Source: the human T2T-CHM13v2.0 reference genome, Homo sapiens. From it: DNA of 64,000 nucleotides. Positions 14,010-27,039 of this stretch are shown here, in pieces. The notes under the pieces were generated by a model. The model was not told the DNA's origin. It saw only the letters and a program-made list of their open reading frames with translations, and searched no databases. The translations under genes were made by a program, and so were the position numbers. Each line of letters opens with the position of its first letter. Position 1 is the stretch's first letter. Location of the stretch: the NCBI RefSeq assembly GCF_009914755.1, contig NC_060934.1. One strand, written 5' to 3'.

Positions 14010-14235
14010 TGGTTAATTAGCTGCTGAAATAATGTCCCCATTTTTTAATGGGTGCTCCACTCGATGGATAAGGCAGATGCCCACGAAGAGGTGACAGCTC
14101 AAAAAGGCACCTGGTTTATGATAATGTTTGTCAAATACATGACAGGAAAAAGCAGGTTGAGATGTTCTATCTGCCAACAAACTAGATGCTGGCAAGCCTG
14201 GAGGCAGTTGACTGACAGCTCGTTTAAACTGAGGC
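14010..14235. promoter_or_regulatory. Candidate enhancer: TGACAG (MEIS/PREP/TGIF) cluster
   Basis: TGACAG at 14092, 14140 and 14213; TGACTGACAG decamer at 14209-14218; lies in sequence with no repeat I recognise. Confidence 0.35.
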
Positions 14236-14699
14236 TGCTTACATAATAATAGTACCATTTTGTATTCTTGATAATGCTAATGTATGCACATTCATGGATA
14301 ATACATTCCATTAGACTACTGTGGACACTAGCTGTGATGCTGACCATCTGAATACAAGGAACCCCGGGATGCAATCTGATGTTTGTTTGTACATGATGCT
14401 TACCCATGATTTGTTTTTTTTTTAAAGAGGGGTAAATGATTCACGTTGTGCTTTCACTTCTATTAATTGGCATCACCACTATCAACCTTCTGAGGCCACC
14501 TCTAGATTGCAATGGTGATTTTTTTGAAAACTGAAGATCTCATTGAAAGGGGAGATAACCTTTCTGGTCTTCAAAAGCCTGACTGGAGTTGACTTAGAGC
14601 ATCTCTATTTTTCTTTTCTGTGGATATTCTGAAGTTCCCAAAGTTCATTTTATTAGGTCGAAATCATTTACCTTCCCTACATCGCTGAAAATATGTTGA

Positions 14700-14810
14700 A
14701 GGTAGATATTGTCATTTTTATTTTGTAGAGGGGAAATTGAGATGCAGAGAAGTTGTGGCCTCCACTCAGTTGGTATTGGAGTAACAGGTAGAATCTGCTC
14801 CTCTGATTTC
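14700..14810 (-). mobile_element. MIR fragment
   Basis: ATTTTGTAGAGGGGAAATTGAGATGCAGAGAAGTT. Confidence 0.6.
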
Positions 14811-15089
14811 TAGTTAATGTATTTTTTATATCCTCCTAACTAGGTCACTAGTGAGGGGTGCCTGATAATTGGACCAGAAAAATGCTAGGTGTACAGATCT
14901 ACTGGAGCTGGAAGAGAGATGTGCACTTCTATTTCAGATGTGGTCAGGAGAGGGCTGAGTGCAGCTTATGAACCAAGCCTCCCAGAGCTGACTCCTACTC
15001 TGTCTCCTCAGTTCTTCCTGTCAGTCACAGACAACAGTATTCACTATGTACCTCCTAAGACTTATTTTCAGCCTGTTGCTACTTTTTAA

Positions 15090-15484
<395 letters not shown>

Positions 15485-15649
15485 TATCTCAAGCTTTTCA
15501 ATTTGTGGACATTTTATGAGGGAATAGACCCAGAGTGTTTAAACAGTTTCCCTGGTGAAGTTGCAACTTTCATCTCTAGTTAGTAGCGGTGCCTGGTTCA
15601 CTATACATGCCTTGACTTTTCATTATTCTTTATTTTTTAGTGATGGTTA

Positions 15650-15840
15650 CTATTACAGCTAGTTTTAGTTAAGCTTCTACTGAGTCAAGCACTACATCTT
15701 CCAAATGGGTTACCTTATCCTCGTTTTGCAAATGGAGAAGCCGGAAGTCTATACAGTTGAGTAATTTGTCCACACAACTGCTAAGTGAAAGACAAGTGGC
15801 TCGAGTTTAAAGAGCTGGCTTAAAAGCCACAGCCTTCCTG
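15650..15840 (-). mobile_element. MIR
   Basis: ATCCTCGTTTTGCAAATGGAGAAGCC...AGTAATTTGTCCACACAACTGCTAAGTG. Confidence 0.6.
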
Positions 15841-15964
15841 CTTGTTCTTCCCATTTCACCGCTTTTCTGAAGGGAATGATACTGTTGCTTATGATCAGGA
15901 TGGCCCAGAAATGGTATCACATATTTGCCATTAATTTATAAAGGAATATTTTGTAATAATGATT

Positions 15965-16075
15965 TTTTATAAAAATACTGCAGCCCAGGCCTCTCCTGCA
16001 GACATTCTGGGTTGGCACCCAGGGAAAGTTTTTAAAGCTCGCCAGGTAATTCTAACCTTCAACTAGGATTTAGAG
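15965..16075. mobile_element. MER5-like hAT-Charlie fragment
   Basis: TTTTAAAGCTCGCCAGGTAATTCTAA...GGATTTAGAG resembles the MER5A end. Confidence 0.45.
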
Positions 16076-16510
16076 GTATCGTAGGATGTCAGAGACAGGA
16101 GAAATCTCATTACCAATGACTATCCTAGAATCCCAGATGAACTTGGATTCCCAGAATGTGTTTTCATCATTACTATAATCACCATTGCTGTCAATCATGC
16201 TCATACAATGCATTAGAATCAGGTCAAGGAAAGGGTTAGCCCTATTCTGGTACTTCACACTGTAGCCATGATTTAGTTCCTATTTATACTTACCTTGCTA
16301 TGGATGTTCACTTTGTGGAGAAATGCAATGATGCCTGTACCTGTTAACCTCCCTGGCTAGTCATAAAGCCTTGCCATTTGATGTGGTGTGCAGGGTTCAG
16401 TCTGGATATCGTAAGTGTCCTCTGCTGTTTGTACCTCTATTATTTTGCTGGTGACCAGTGGGCTCAGTTGAGGAAAGTCTAACTGGTGCTCGGGTCTCTT
16501 TTGAAGGTTG

Positions 16511-17379
16511 TGTAAAACAAAAATAAACTCCTAAGCCCCCCAACCAACGGAACAGACACCCCCTTGGCTAAGGGGATCACAGAGAAATCTGAAAGCTGAA
16601 TTCCTGGCCATAACAGGAAGGGAAGTTGAACACACCTCATTATACCCTTAGGAGTTTAGGCACAGCTGACAAGCTTTAACATTAAAATAGAGATCGTAAG
16701 GCTGACCAGACAGACTCTTTGTGGCAATAACATACCAAATTCCAACCTGACTTCGGTATGGCATCACATGAAAGATAGCAGACCCGGAAGGAAATCAAAT
16801 ATAGTTTTTATCTGACCCAAAATATATTTCTTTGATGTATTTTGGAATAACCCTGCAATGCTGTCTTTTGTGGGAGAAATTTGCATCTGCAGAGAATCTC
16901 CATTAATGCAGCCAGGCCGTTCCAAGATCTAAAAGAGAGCAACTAAGAGTCTGACACCTTTTTAAGGTCCCAAAAAAGATATTTACCATCTATTCTCTGG
17001 AGGCTTCATCTACATAACAAGAACCTTGGTTTCCATAACCCACCTCATATTAATTCAAGCATTTCTTTTCACTGGCTTCAAGTCTTTAGATACAATGTAA
17101 CTCTTTCAACTAATTGCCAGTTAGAAAACCTTTGACTCCATTTATGACCCACTTTGAGAAGTCCTACCTTTTTAGGCTGAACCAATGTATATCTTACATG
17201 TATTGAGTTATGTCTTTGTAATTTCTGTCTCCCTAAAATATATAAAACCAAACCATAACTCAACCACCTTGGGCACGCTTTCTCATGACCTGCTGTGACT
17301 GTTCCCTGGGCCATGGGTACTCTTGTTGGCTCAGGATAAAACTCTGAATACTTTACAGAGTTTGATTTTTCCATTAACA
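16511..17379 (+). mobile_element. Solo ERV1 LTR, MER4 group (MER4D-like)
   Basis: TGTAAAACAAAAATAAACTCCTAAGCCCCCCAACC start; TTGGCTCAGGATAAA...TTTACAGAGTTTG...AACA end; ~870 bp. Confidence 0.82.
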
Positions 17380-17693
17380 ATTTCTAGGGGAAGTGCTCTT
17401 CCTTAGGATGATAGCATGCTGAGTTTCAGTGGAGCGATAGATAGCTCAGTCTCTTCTATTCCCAATTATGACTTTGACTGTTTAGCATCTAAACTCCTTA
17501 AGGACAGATTCCTTGACCCTAGATCTCTAATTGTAGCAATGAGTGGGTTAGGTTGCAATAGTGTTAAGCAGAAAACATAAGAGGCCACAGCCTGGCGAGG
17601 TGGCTCACAGCTGCAATCCCAGTATTTTGGGAGGCCGAGGTGGGAAGACGGCTTGAGCCCTGGAGTTCAAAACCAGCCTGGGCAACATGGTGA

Positions 17694-18317
17694 TGTTACT
17701 GGGAAAAAGTCCCAATCCAGACCCCAAAAGAAGGTTCTTGGATCTCATGCATGAAAGAATTTGGGGTGAGTCCATAGAGTAAAGTGAAAGCAAGTTTATT
17801 AGGAAAGTAAAGGAAGAAAAGAATGGCTACTCCATAGGCAGAGCAGCGGCTTGAGCTGTTGGCCTAAAGATACTTATTGTTACTTCCTGATTACATGCTA
17901 AACAAGGGGTGGGTTATTCATGAGTTTTCCAGGGAAGGGGTGGGCAATTGCTGGAACTGAGGGTTCCTCCCCTTTTTCTGGTAACTTCCTGACATTGCCA
18001 TGCCATCTGTAAACTGTCTTGGCGCTGGTGGGAGTGTCTTGTGGCATGCTAATATATTAAAATTAGCATATAATGTGCCGTGAGGATGACCAGAGGTCAC
18101 GCTCATCGCCATCTTGATTTTGGTGGATTTTGGCTGGCTTCTTTCCTGCAAACTGTTTTATCATCAAGGTCTTTATGACCTGTATCTTGTGCTGACCTCC
18201 TATCTCATCCTGTGACTTAGAATGCCTAACCTCTTGGGAATGCAGCCCAGCAGGTCTCAGCCTTATTTTCCCCAGCCCCTATTCAAGATGGAGTTGCTCT
18301 CGTTCAAATGTCTGACA
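17694..18317 (-). mobile_element. MER41B solo LTR (ERV1)
   Basis: TG...CA ends; minus strand begins TGTCAGACATTTGAACGAGAGCAACTCCATCTTGAATAGGGGCTGGG; 4-bp TSD GTGA (17690-93 / 18318-21). Confidence 0.9.
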
Positions 18318-18362
18318 GTGAGACCCTGTCCTTACCAAAAATTTAAAAAATTAGCCATCCAT

Positions 18363-18892
<530 letters not shown>

Positions 18893-18979
18893 TTAGTAAC
18901 TTTAATGGGACATTTGCATTATGCAGCTGTCATTCAGGCTGACAGGAGAAGGTGTAGAGAGGAGGCAATAATTTGGTGG

Positions 18980-19293
18980 GTTTTTTTCTGTTTTTGTTTT
19001 TGTTTTTTTAAGCAGAGTCCCACTCTGTAGCCCAGGCTGGAGTGCAGTGATGTGATCTCAGCTCATTGCAACCTCTGCCTCCTGGGGGTCTAGCGATGCT
19101 CCTTCCTCAGCCTCCCACACAGCTGGGACTATAGGCGTGTGCCACCACACCTGGCTAATTTTCATATTTTTAGTAGAGATGGGTTTTTGCCATGTTGGCC
19201 AGGCTGTTCTCAAACTCCTGACCTCAAGTGACCCTCCTGCTTTGGCCTCTCGAAGTCCTGGGATTACTGGTGTGAGCCACTGCGCCCAGCCTG
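18980..19293 (-). mobile_element. Alu (J/S)
   Basis: Full antisense dimer. Confidence 0.93.
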
Positions 19294-19438
19294 GTTGTTC
19301 TTTTTTAATTTTGTTTCCATTTTCATCTACAGTCAGGTTAGAATTGGTAAGAACCAACTAGAAAAATGGCCAGTGGAGGAGAGATGCTGACCACCAATAC
19401 TTCTAAATCTAAGGGCCAGTGTGTTCTAAAAAAATTCA

Positions 19439-19737
19439 GGCTGGGTGTGGTGGCTCACACCTCTAATCCCAGCACTTTCGGAGGCCAAGGTATTTGGATC
19501 ATTTCAGGTCAGGAGTTGAAGACTAGCCTGACCAACATGGTGAAACCCTGTCTCTACTAAAATACAAATATTAGCCAGGTGTGGTGGTGGGCACCTGTAA
19601 TCCTGGCTACTCGGGAGGCAGAGGCAAGAGAATGGCTTGAACCCAGGAGGCAGAGGTTGCAGTGAGCCCAGATTGCCCCACTGCTCTTCAGCCTAGGTGA
19701 TAGAGCGAGACTCCGTCTCAATAAAATTAAAATAAAA
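19439..19737 (+). mobile_element. AluS-type
   Basis: Full dimer; AAAATTCA flanks. Confidence 0.93.
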
Positions 19738-19944
19738 TTCAAAACTATTACTCCACATCAGGAATTTTATCAGTTATTGTAAAAGAGGGCAGACGAGTGG
19801 ATTTTCTGGCTCTCTCATGTCACTTCCCTATTTGAGAGCCTTTGCTCATGGGCTTCTAGTCCAACAGTGCAGCCCAGCCTGAAAGGGCTGATCTGACTCC
19901 TCCTCTCCTCTCAATCCCATCTCATCCTGCTTCTCTCTCTCTTT

Positions 19945-20491
<547 letters not shown>

Positions 20492-20559
20492 TAGATCATG
20501 AGCTTACCCTGTGACTCTCTGAACTCCTATGATGGATTGCGTGAACTCCTCAGTGCTGG

Positions 20560-20690
20560 GCCCGTTTGACACAGTCTTTTGGAAAGACACTTAACAACTT
20601 CCTGCCTTAGTTTCTTCATCTGTGAAATGGGGATAACAAAAGGATTGTGGAGGAGATAAAGGAAGTGATATGTCTAATAATGCATAATAA
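20560..20690 (+). mobile_element. MIR
   Basis: GCCTTAGTTTCTTCATCTGTGAAATGGGGATAA core. Confidence 0.75.
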
Positions 20691-20739
20691 TAATAAACAT
20701 AATAATTACTGATATCCATGACATATAACAACAACTTTC

Positions 20740-20990
20740 CTAATAACTAACACAACATTCACAATGTATCAGGTTCTACTCCAGGGGTTTTACAAATTTA
20801 ACTCATTTAGTCCTCTGGGTAAGCCTATCAGGTAATTTCTCTTATTACCCCTGTTTACAGATTAGAAACCTGAGGCACAGAGAAGTTAAGGAGTTTTCCC
20901 AAGGTCACACAGCTTGTAAGTGATAAAGATGAGGGTTGATTCTGAGTAGTCTGGGCGCCAGAGCCTATGCTCTTAGTCACCAAGCAACAC
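20740..20990 (-). mobile_element. MIR
   Basis: TTACAGATTAGAAACCTGAGGCACAGAGAAGTTAAG...CCCAAGGTCACACAGC. Confidence 0.85.
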
Positions 20991-21399
20991 TCCTTCAAAT
21001 GATCGGTGTTTGTTAATTACCATTAAGTATAAATTGTCTAAAATCTACGATCAAGCTAAGCCTGGAAATTAAAGACCAATGAGCCAATCCACATGGAATA
21101 CCACTCAGGGGCTGCCTTAAAGATATGAGCCAGCCCTGAGGGTTTCCCTCCTGTCCCCTTACTGACAGGTGGACCAAAAGAAAGGGAAAGAAAACCACAT
21201 TCCATCTTCACAGAGGTTCCAGTTAGTTCCTAGGCAAACAAGAAATCAAAAGCATCCACAGATGTTGTGTCTACCACCCTGATGCAGAAAGAGCTTAAGG
21301 AGAAGCTCTGACAAGGGATAGACAGTTTACTTATGGAAACAAGCAGAAAATTAAATCTGGTCTCTGCCCAGCAAGCATCTCACCTCCCACCATAGCGTC

Positions 21400-21921
21400 T
21401 GGCAGAGAAGTGAGCCAAGGTGGCCCCTGGCGCAGCAAATGTTTGGCACATCCATTTGCACAGGAGGGGGAAGAAGGCGCATTCTCAAACACCCTTCCCA
21501 TCACCTTTCAGGATCTTAGGTGCCTTCTCTACAGCCATGGCACAAACCTTTACCACTAGGGGGCGGCTAGACATTTCGATTGGCTACCAGGCAAGCGGCC
21601 AGCTCAGGACAGGAGCAGTGCTCTGTGAAAGAATGGATTCCTGGTTTGTTCTAAGTACAAACAAGGGGGAAATGCTTCTGCAGGGTTAAATGAGGTTGAC
21701 ACGCTCCCCGCGGCTGACCAGACAGTCCCTCCTAACTCTTACCCACCCTGGGCAGCTCTCTCAGCGCGGTGTGGGGCGGGAGTGGGAGCTGATGGGGGGT
21801 GCTCTCTATTCAGACTCTACTTGTTCTAGACTGAGTCACTGGTGGGGGCAGCGGTGTTTGAAAGTGGGCATCACTCTTGGGCTCCCACATTGACTGTAGT
21901 TTTACGGAATGTTTGGTGAGT
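21400..21921 (+). promoter_or_regulatory. Promoter-like island with a possible first-exon donor
   Basis: CGATTGGCT (NF-Y, 21577-85), GGGGCGGGAG GC-box (21773), TGAGTCA (21832), retained CpGs, TG|GTGAGT donor at 21916. Confidence 0.45.
21551..21569 (+). promoter_or_regulatory. Strong CTCF core motif (forward orientation)
   Basis: CCACTAGGGGGCG matches CCASYAGRKGGCR. Confidence 0.7.
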
Positions 21922-22126
21922 AACTAGTTTTCTAACTTTTCTTTATTTCTCTCATATATTTGTCCATGTTCTTTCCTATGTCATCAAAGAGGATGCCAGG
22001 AAAACCCAAAGAAAGGCCCTAGGAGGAAACCAGTATGAGTGCCAAGATGAGCCAGAACCAGGGTGGGGCTGAGAGGCGCCCAGGCAGCTGCTTTCATTGT
22101 GCACCTTCCCCTAGTCCCAGCCCCAA

Positions 22127-22140
22127 ATCACCATGGTGAC
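22127..22140. promoter_or_regulatory. RFX X-box-like palindrome
   Basis: ATCACCATGGTGAC. Confidence 0.35.
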
Positions 22141-22319
22141 AGATACCCAGCAGCATTGAGAAACAGAGAGCTTTTTGTTTTCTGCCATGCTTTTAACTCC
22201 TCACTCCACTTGTCTCCACCTCCACCCTCTTCAGCCTATACAACTTCTTGCTCATTCCTGTGAAGGTATTGGCTGATAAGAAACAATAAGGACTTCCTAA
22301 ATAGAGGACTTTGGTATAA

Positions 22320-22540
22320 AAGTAGCTAACATTTATTAAGCGCTTACTATGTGTCAGACACTCTCCTCAATGCTTTGCAGTATTGGCTCACTTAATTCTC
22401 TCAACAATGTGGCAAAGAAGGTATTTATTTTACAGATAAGGTAACTGAGGCACAGAGAGGTTATGTAACTTGCCCAAGGTCACACAGTAGATGGGGGAGT
22501 CACAATTTGAATCTAGGGAGTTCTTACTCTTAGGCTCACA
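22320..22540 (-). mobile_element. MIR
   Basis: AGCTAACATTTATTAAGCGCTTACTATGTG...ACTGAGGCACAGAGAGGTTATGTAACTTGCCCAAGGTCACACAG. Confidence 0.9.
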
Positions 22541-22739
22541 CGTTGCTTGAGATACCAGAGAACATTCAGACATGTGAAACACTGGACTGTGGGCTACCAG
22601 GGGGCAGAAAGGGATTGTGATTTGGTGTTCTTAGTTGGCAACCCCCACAATCACAAACGATGTCTATGTGGCAGGCTGGCTGGGGCTGAGAGCTACTGCC
22701 TTTGGGTTACATTTGAGCAGATTGCTGTTCTTCTCCTGA

Positions 22740-23100
<361 letters not shown>

Positions 23101-23333
23101 TGGATTTCCTTCTTATTCTTAATCTGATCTGGCTCCCTCCAGATGATCGTGAGCCCGGGATCAAGAAGCCATACCCTATCCATCTTTGTATTTCCCACAG
23201 CTTCCACATCTTGGGCTTAGTAGGTGCTCACAGCACGTTGGCTTATTTAGTCTGTATCAGCCACTTTGAATTATGGGCCATGGCAAAGCTGCCCTTCTGG
23301 GACAGGCAAGTGTCATGTCCTGTGGCCGTTGAT

Positions 23334-23712
23334 CCTTCCCTCCCTCCCTTCCTTCCTCCCTTCCTCCCTCCCTCCCTCTCTCCCTCCATCCCTCCCTCCC
23401 TTCTCTACCTCCCTCCTTCCCTTCCACCCTCCCTCCCTCCTTCCCTCCCTCCCTCCCTCTCTCCCTCCATCCCTCCCTCCCTTCTCTACCTCCCTCCTTC
23501 CCTTCCACCCTCCCTCCCTCCTTCCCTCCCTCCCTCCCTCTCTCCCTCCATCCCTCCCTCCCTTCTCTACCTCCCTCCTTCCCTTCCACCCTCCCTCCCT
23601 CCTTCCCTTCCACCCTCCCTCCCTCCTTCCCTTCCTTCCTCCCTCCCCCCTTCCCTTCCTCCCTCCCTCCTTCCTTCCCTCCATCCTTCCCTCCCTCTCT
23701 GCCTCCCTCCCT
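23334..23712. repeat. Polypyrimidine (CCCT/CCTT)n tract with an 81-bp higher-order unit (~3 copies)
   Basis: Marker TTCTCTACC recurs at 23401, 23482 and 23563. Confidence 0.92.
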
Positions 23713-24046
23713 GTTCCTCATCTCTGCAAAGGGGCAGCATTTTTTTTTTCTCGATTCAGATTTAACATGAGGGGGGCGGTTCTCTCTGTAACTATGAGAA
23801 AGAAACTGTCCTGTGTTTCTGACTGCTCAACATGTTTTTTTTTTTAGTTGTATATGAGTAGAAAGGGCTAGAAAAATCTACCTGTTGTTTCTAATTACTT
23901 ACCTTCAGTATAAAGAGTAAACTAAGCTCTATTATCTTATCTCAACCTGTCTTGTATCTACTATTTCCTGTGCTTTTCTCTGCCACATGCTTCCTTTCCC
24001 CCTGTGTGTTTTATGAGCATTGCAAATTATTTTGTTCTTCATCCTC

Positions 24047-24142
24047 TTTTTTTTTTTAGAAACAGGTCTCTCGTTCTGTTGCCCAGGCTGTATTGTAGTG
24101 GCATGACTGTAGTTCACTGCAGCCTCGAACTCCTGGGCTTCA
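24047..24142 (-). mobile_element. Alu/FLAM fragment
   Basis: Poly-T then GTTGCCCAGGCTG...CACTGCAGCCTCGAACTCCTGGGCT. Confidence 0.85.
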
Positions 24143-25503
24143 ACTTCTGATCCCCAGCTTTTTGACTAACTGAACTCATCAAAATATGAATTTAGAGACT
24201 GAAGCCCGTTGACCAAAGGCTTGAATCCCAGGAATCCCCAGGATGCAAGTATCTTTCCTGAGTAACAGGATCTCTGGGAGACCCTAGATTCCTAGAGTAG
24301 GGCAGACTTTGCTTTAGAAAGAAAATTTGGGAGTATGCAGAACATTCTGGAACCCTTAATCTGACCCAGAAGAAACAAGGGTATAAAGACCAAGACTGAC
24401 TGTAAGCCAGAATTGCTCCTTTCGAGGTGTGAGGGTGAAGCAGCCTCACTTGGCATGTGTGGTTATTCCAGTCCACGCCTTGCTGTAGACATTCCTGAGA
24501 TCTTTCATCTTCCCCTGCCATTATGTTCCCAACACATTGGAAATAAAATTCCCCAAATCGCTTCCTCCATATGGCCACGCCTGATCAACCCTAAAGATCT
24601 CTGAGTCTTTCTTTATTCTACATCCTGTCATCATCTAAATTCCAAAATTTAATTATGGATTTTTTTCCAGACTTCTTCTATAGACCTGGAATATTTTTAG
24701 CATCTTTTCTGCAATAAATGAATTGGTGAGGATCTTGAGGTTATATGGAAGGTTTCCTACAGTTGTGTGTTTTAAATGAAATTTGGCTTTTATATTATTT
24801 TGGTAACCTGTGAATCTTTTGCTTAATAAAAATCCTCCAGGCTCTCTGCGTGATGTTTTTACTTACCAAAGACACAGACCTGGGCTTCCTGGGGTCCCCC
24901 TTCTGCAGCTGTGATAATCAGCAGTCTTCCCAGGGTGAGAGTCTGCTTAAAAGGGCCCCTGGGAATTTATCTACATCTTAAAAAGTTCCATCAGCATCCA
25001 GAAACAATATACCCTACCACGTAAGGTATGAGTTCTGCTACTCAGCAAAGGCACATTTTCCAGGCCTGGGTTTGGGGGTGTGGGTCCTGAAATTCTCTCT
25101 GTGCCATACTTATGTAACCTTTCTTGTTGTGCACCTGCACCACAGCCCAGCAACCTCCCTTCCCCTGTTCTGGGATTTCAGGATCTAGGAATATTCCATT
25201 AAGTCCTGCCTTTTCATGAGCAGACCTGGGCCTGCCTGGCATACAAGTCTACCTTCTTCAGCCCCTTCCCTCTCTGTATCTCACAGGCTTTGCTTGTGGT
25301 TTTCCACACATGCTTCACCAAGCTAAATTGAATCTGGCCAACGGGAATACTGGAGGGATGATTACCTGCATAGAAGCATTTAATAAACACTACATTTGAA
25401 GCTGATAGATTGCTGATCTTCTCATGGCAATAATGAACCTCCTTGGCTATTTCTTTATGCCTATAAAGATATTATCCAAATGAATTAAGCATATTTTAAT
25501 TAA

Positions 25504-25800
<297 letters not shown>

Positions 25801-26849
25801 GCTTTTTTAAAAAGGTAAACAAACAAACAAACCAAAAACAACAACAAAAAACCCAGAACCACTAATCAAAACAAAATCAATTGGAAAAGAATTTGAATAA
25901 ATTTTCTTATTTTTCTCCTGAGAGACATAGAGAGTAACAGGAAAGGGGAAATGTGGAGGGCCGCTCATTAAAACATGTTTTAAGAAATTTGCTGTCTATT
26001 TCAGGAAGGTTTACATTGAGCCTTGTAACTTAGACAAATGAAAGAAACGAAAAGGCGGCTCATTAGTTGATATTTTTCTGGAAGGCTGATTGATAATGTT
26101 TTCATGTATTTGAGATAACCAAGTACAGAAAGCAAAGTCATGGGATATGAGTAACGTCCCATGACCGTAGGGACCGCTGTTGATATATGGATGTCTATTT
26201 TCTGTCTGTTGGGCAGTGTGTCTGCGATGTCCCTCCCACACACTTGCCTTGCTTTTTTCTTCCCCTGACCCTTTCACATGACTGACTCCCTCTTGGTAGT
26301 GACTTTTCCTAAGATTCTTTTGTTGTAATCTAGTCATGCTGTCCTTATACAAAGGAAAGTGCTAGAAATAGGTACTCAAAGGATGACACAGCTTTCCTTC
26401 TCCTCTGAAAGGGCCATGACCTTATTCAACACAGCTTCTACTAGGTATTTTTAAAAATTATTATATATATATATATACATTTAATTGATATATGAGTTGT
26501 ACATATTTGGGGAGTACCTGTGCTAGTTTGATATCTGTATACAATATTACTACGTCTTAATGTTTCTATGCAAGTTACCAATGGTCTTCCTTTTACAGAT
26601 GCTAAAGGCAAAAATCTATGTCACCAAGCCCAGGTAGAAAATTCATCGCATTTCACAGGATTAATGGTGGCAATCCCAGTTTGGGTTGTTCTTCCATGCC
26701 TTGGTTAGCCCCTTTTATGGGAATGAGGAGAGGCAGGAAATGCTGACAATAAATGGTTGTAGCCAGACTCATTTACTATTTTGCTTTTTTGTTATTGTTG
26801 TTGTTAAAATGGAGTCCCTACTATCAAACTGGTCTTTAAGAAGAAAAAA

Positions 26850-26995
26850 AAAAAACGTCTTGCTCTGACATCCAGGCTAGAGTGGAGTGGTGTGATCATA
26901 GCTCACTGTAGTCTCAAACTGCTGGGTTTAAGGGATTCTCCTGCTTCAGCCTCTTGAGTAGCTGGGACTACAGGCATGTACCGCTCTGCCTGGCT
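26850..26995 (-). mobile_element. Alu right arm/FRAM fragment
   Basis: GTCTTGCTCTG...ATAGCTCACTGTAG...GCTGGGACTACAGGCATG. Confidence 0.85.
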
Positions 26996-27039
26996 TGTTT
27001 TTTTAAAAAGTGGCATCATTATTTTTTTCTGGCTATAGA

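Noticed and set aside
26599-26633. Possible 35-nt exon after the strong acceptor TCTTCCTTTTACAG
   Set aside because: Following donor (CAG|GTAGAA) is weak and there is no supporting coding signal.
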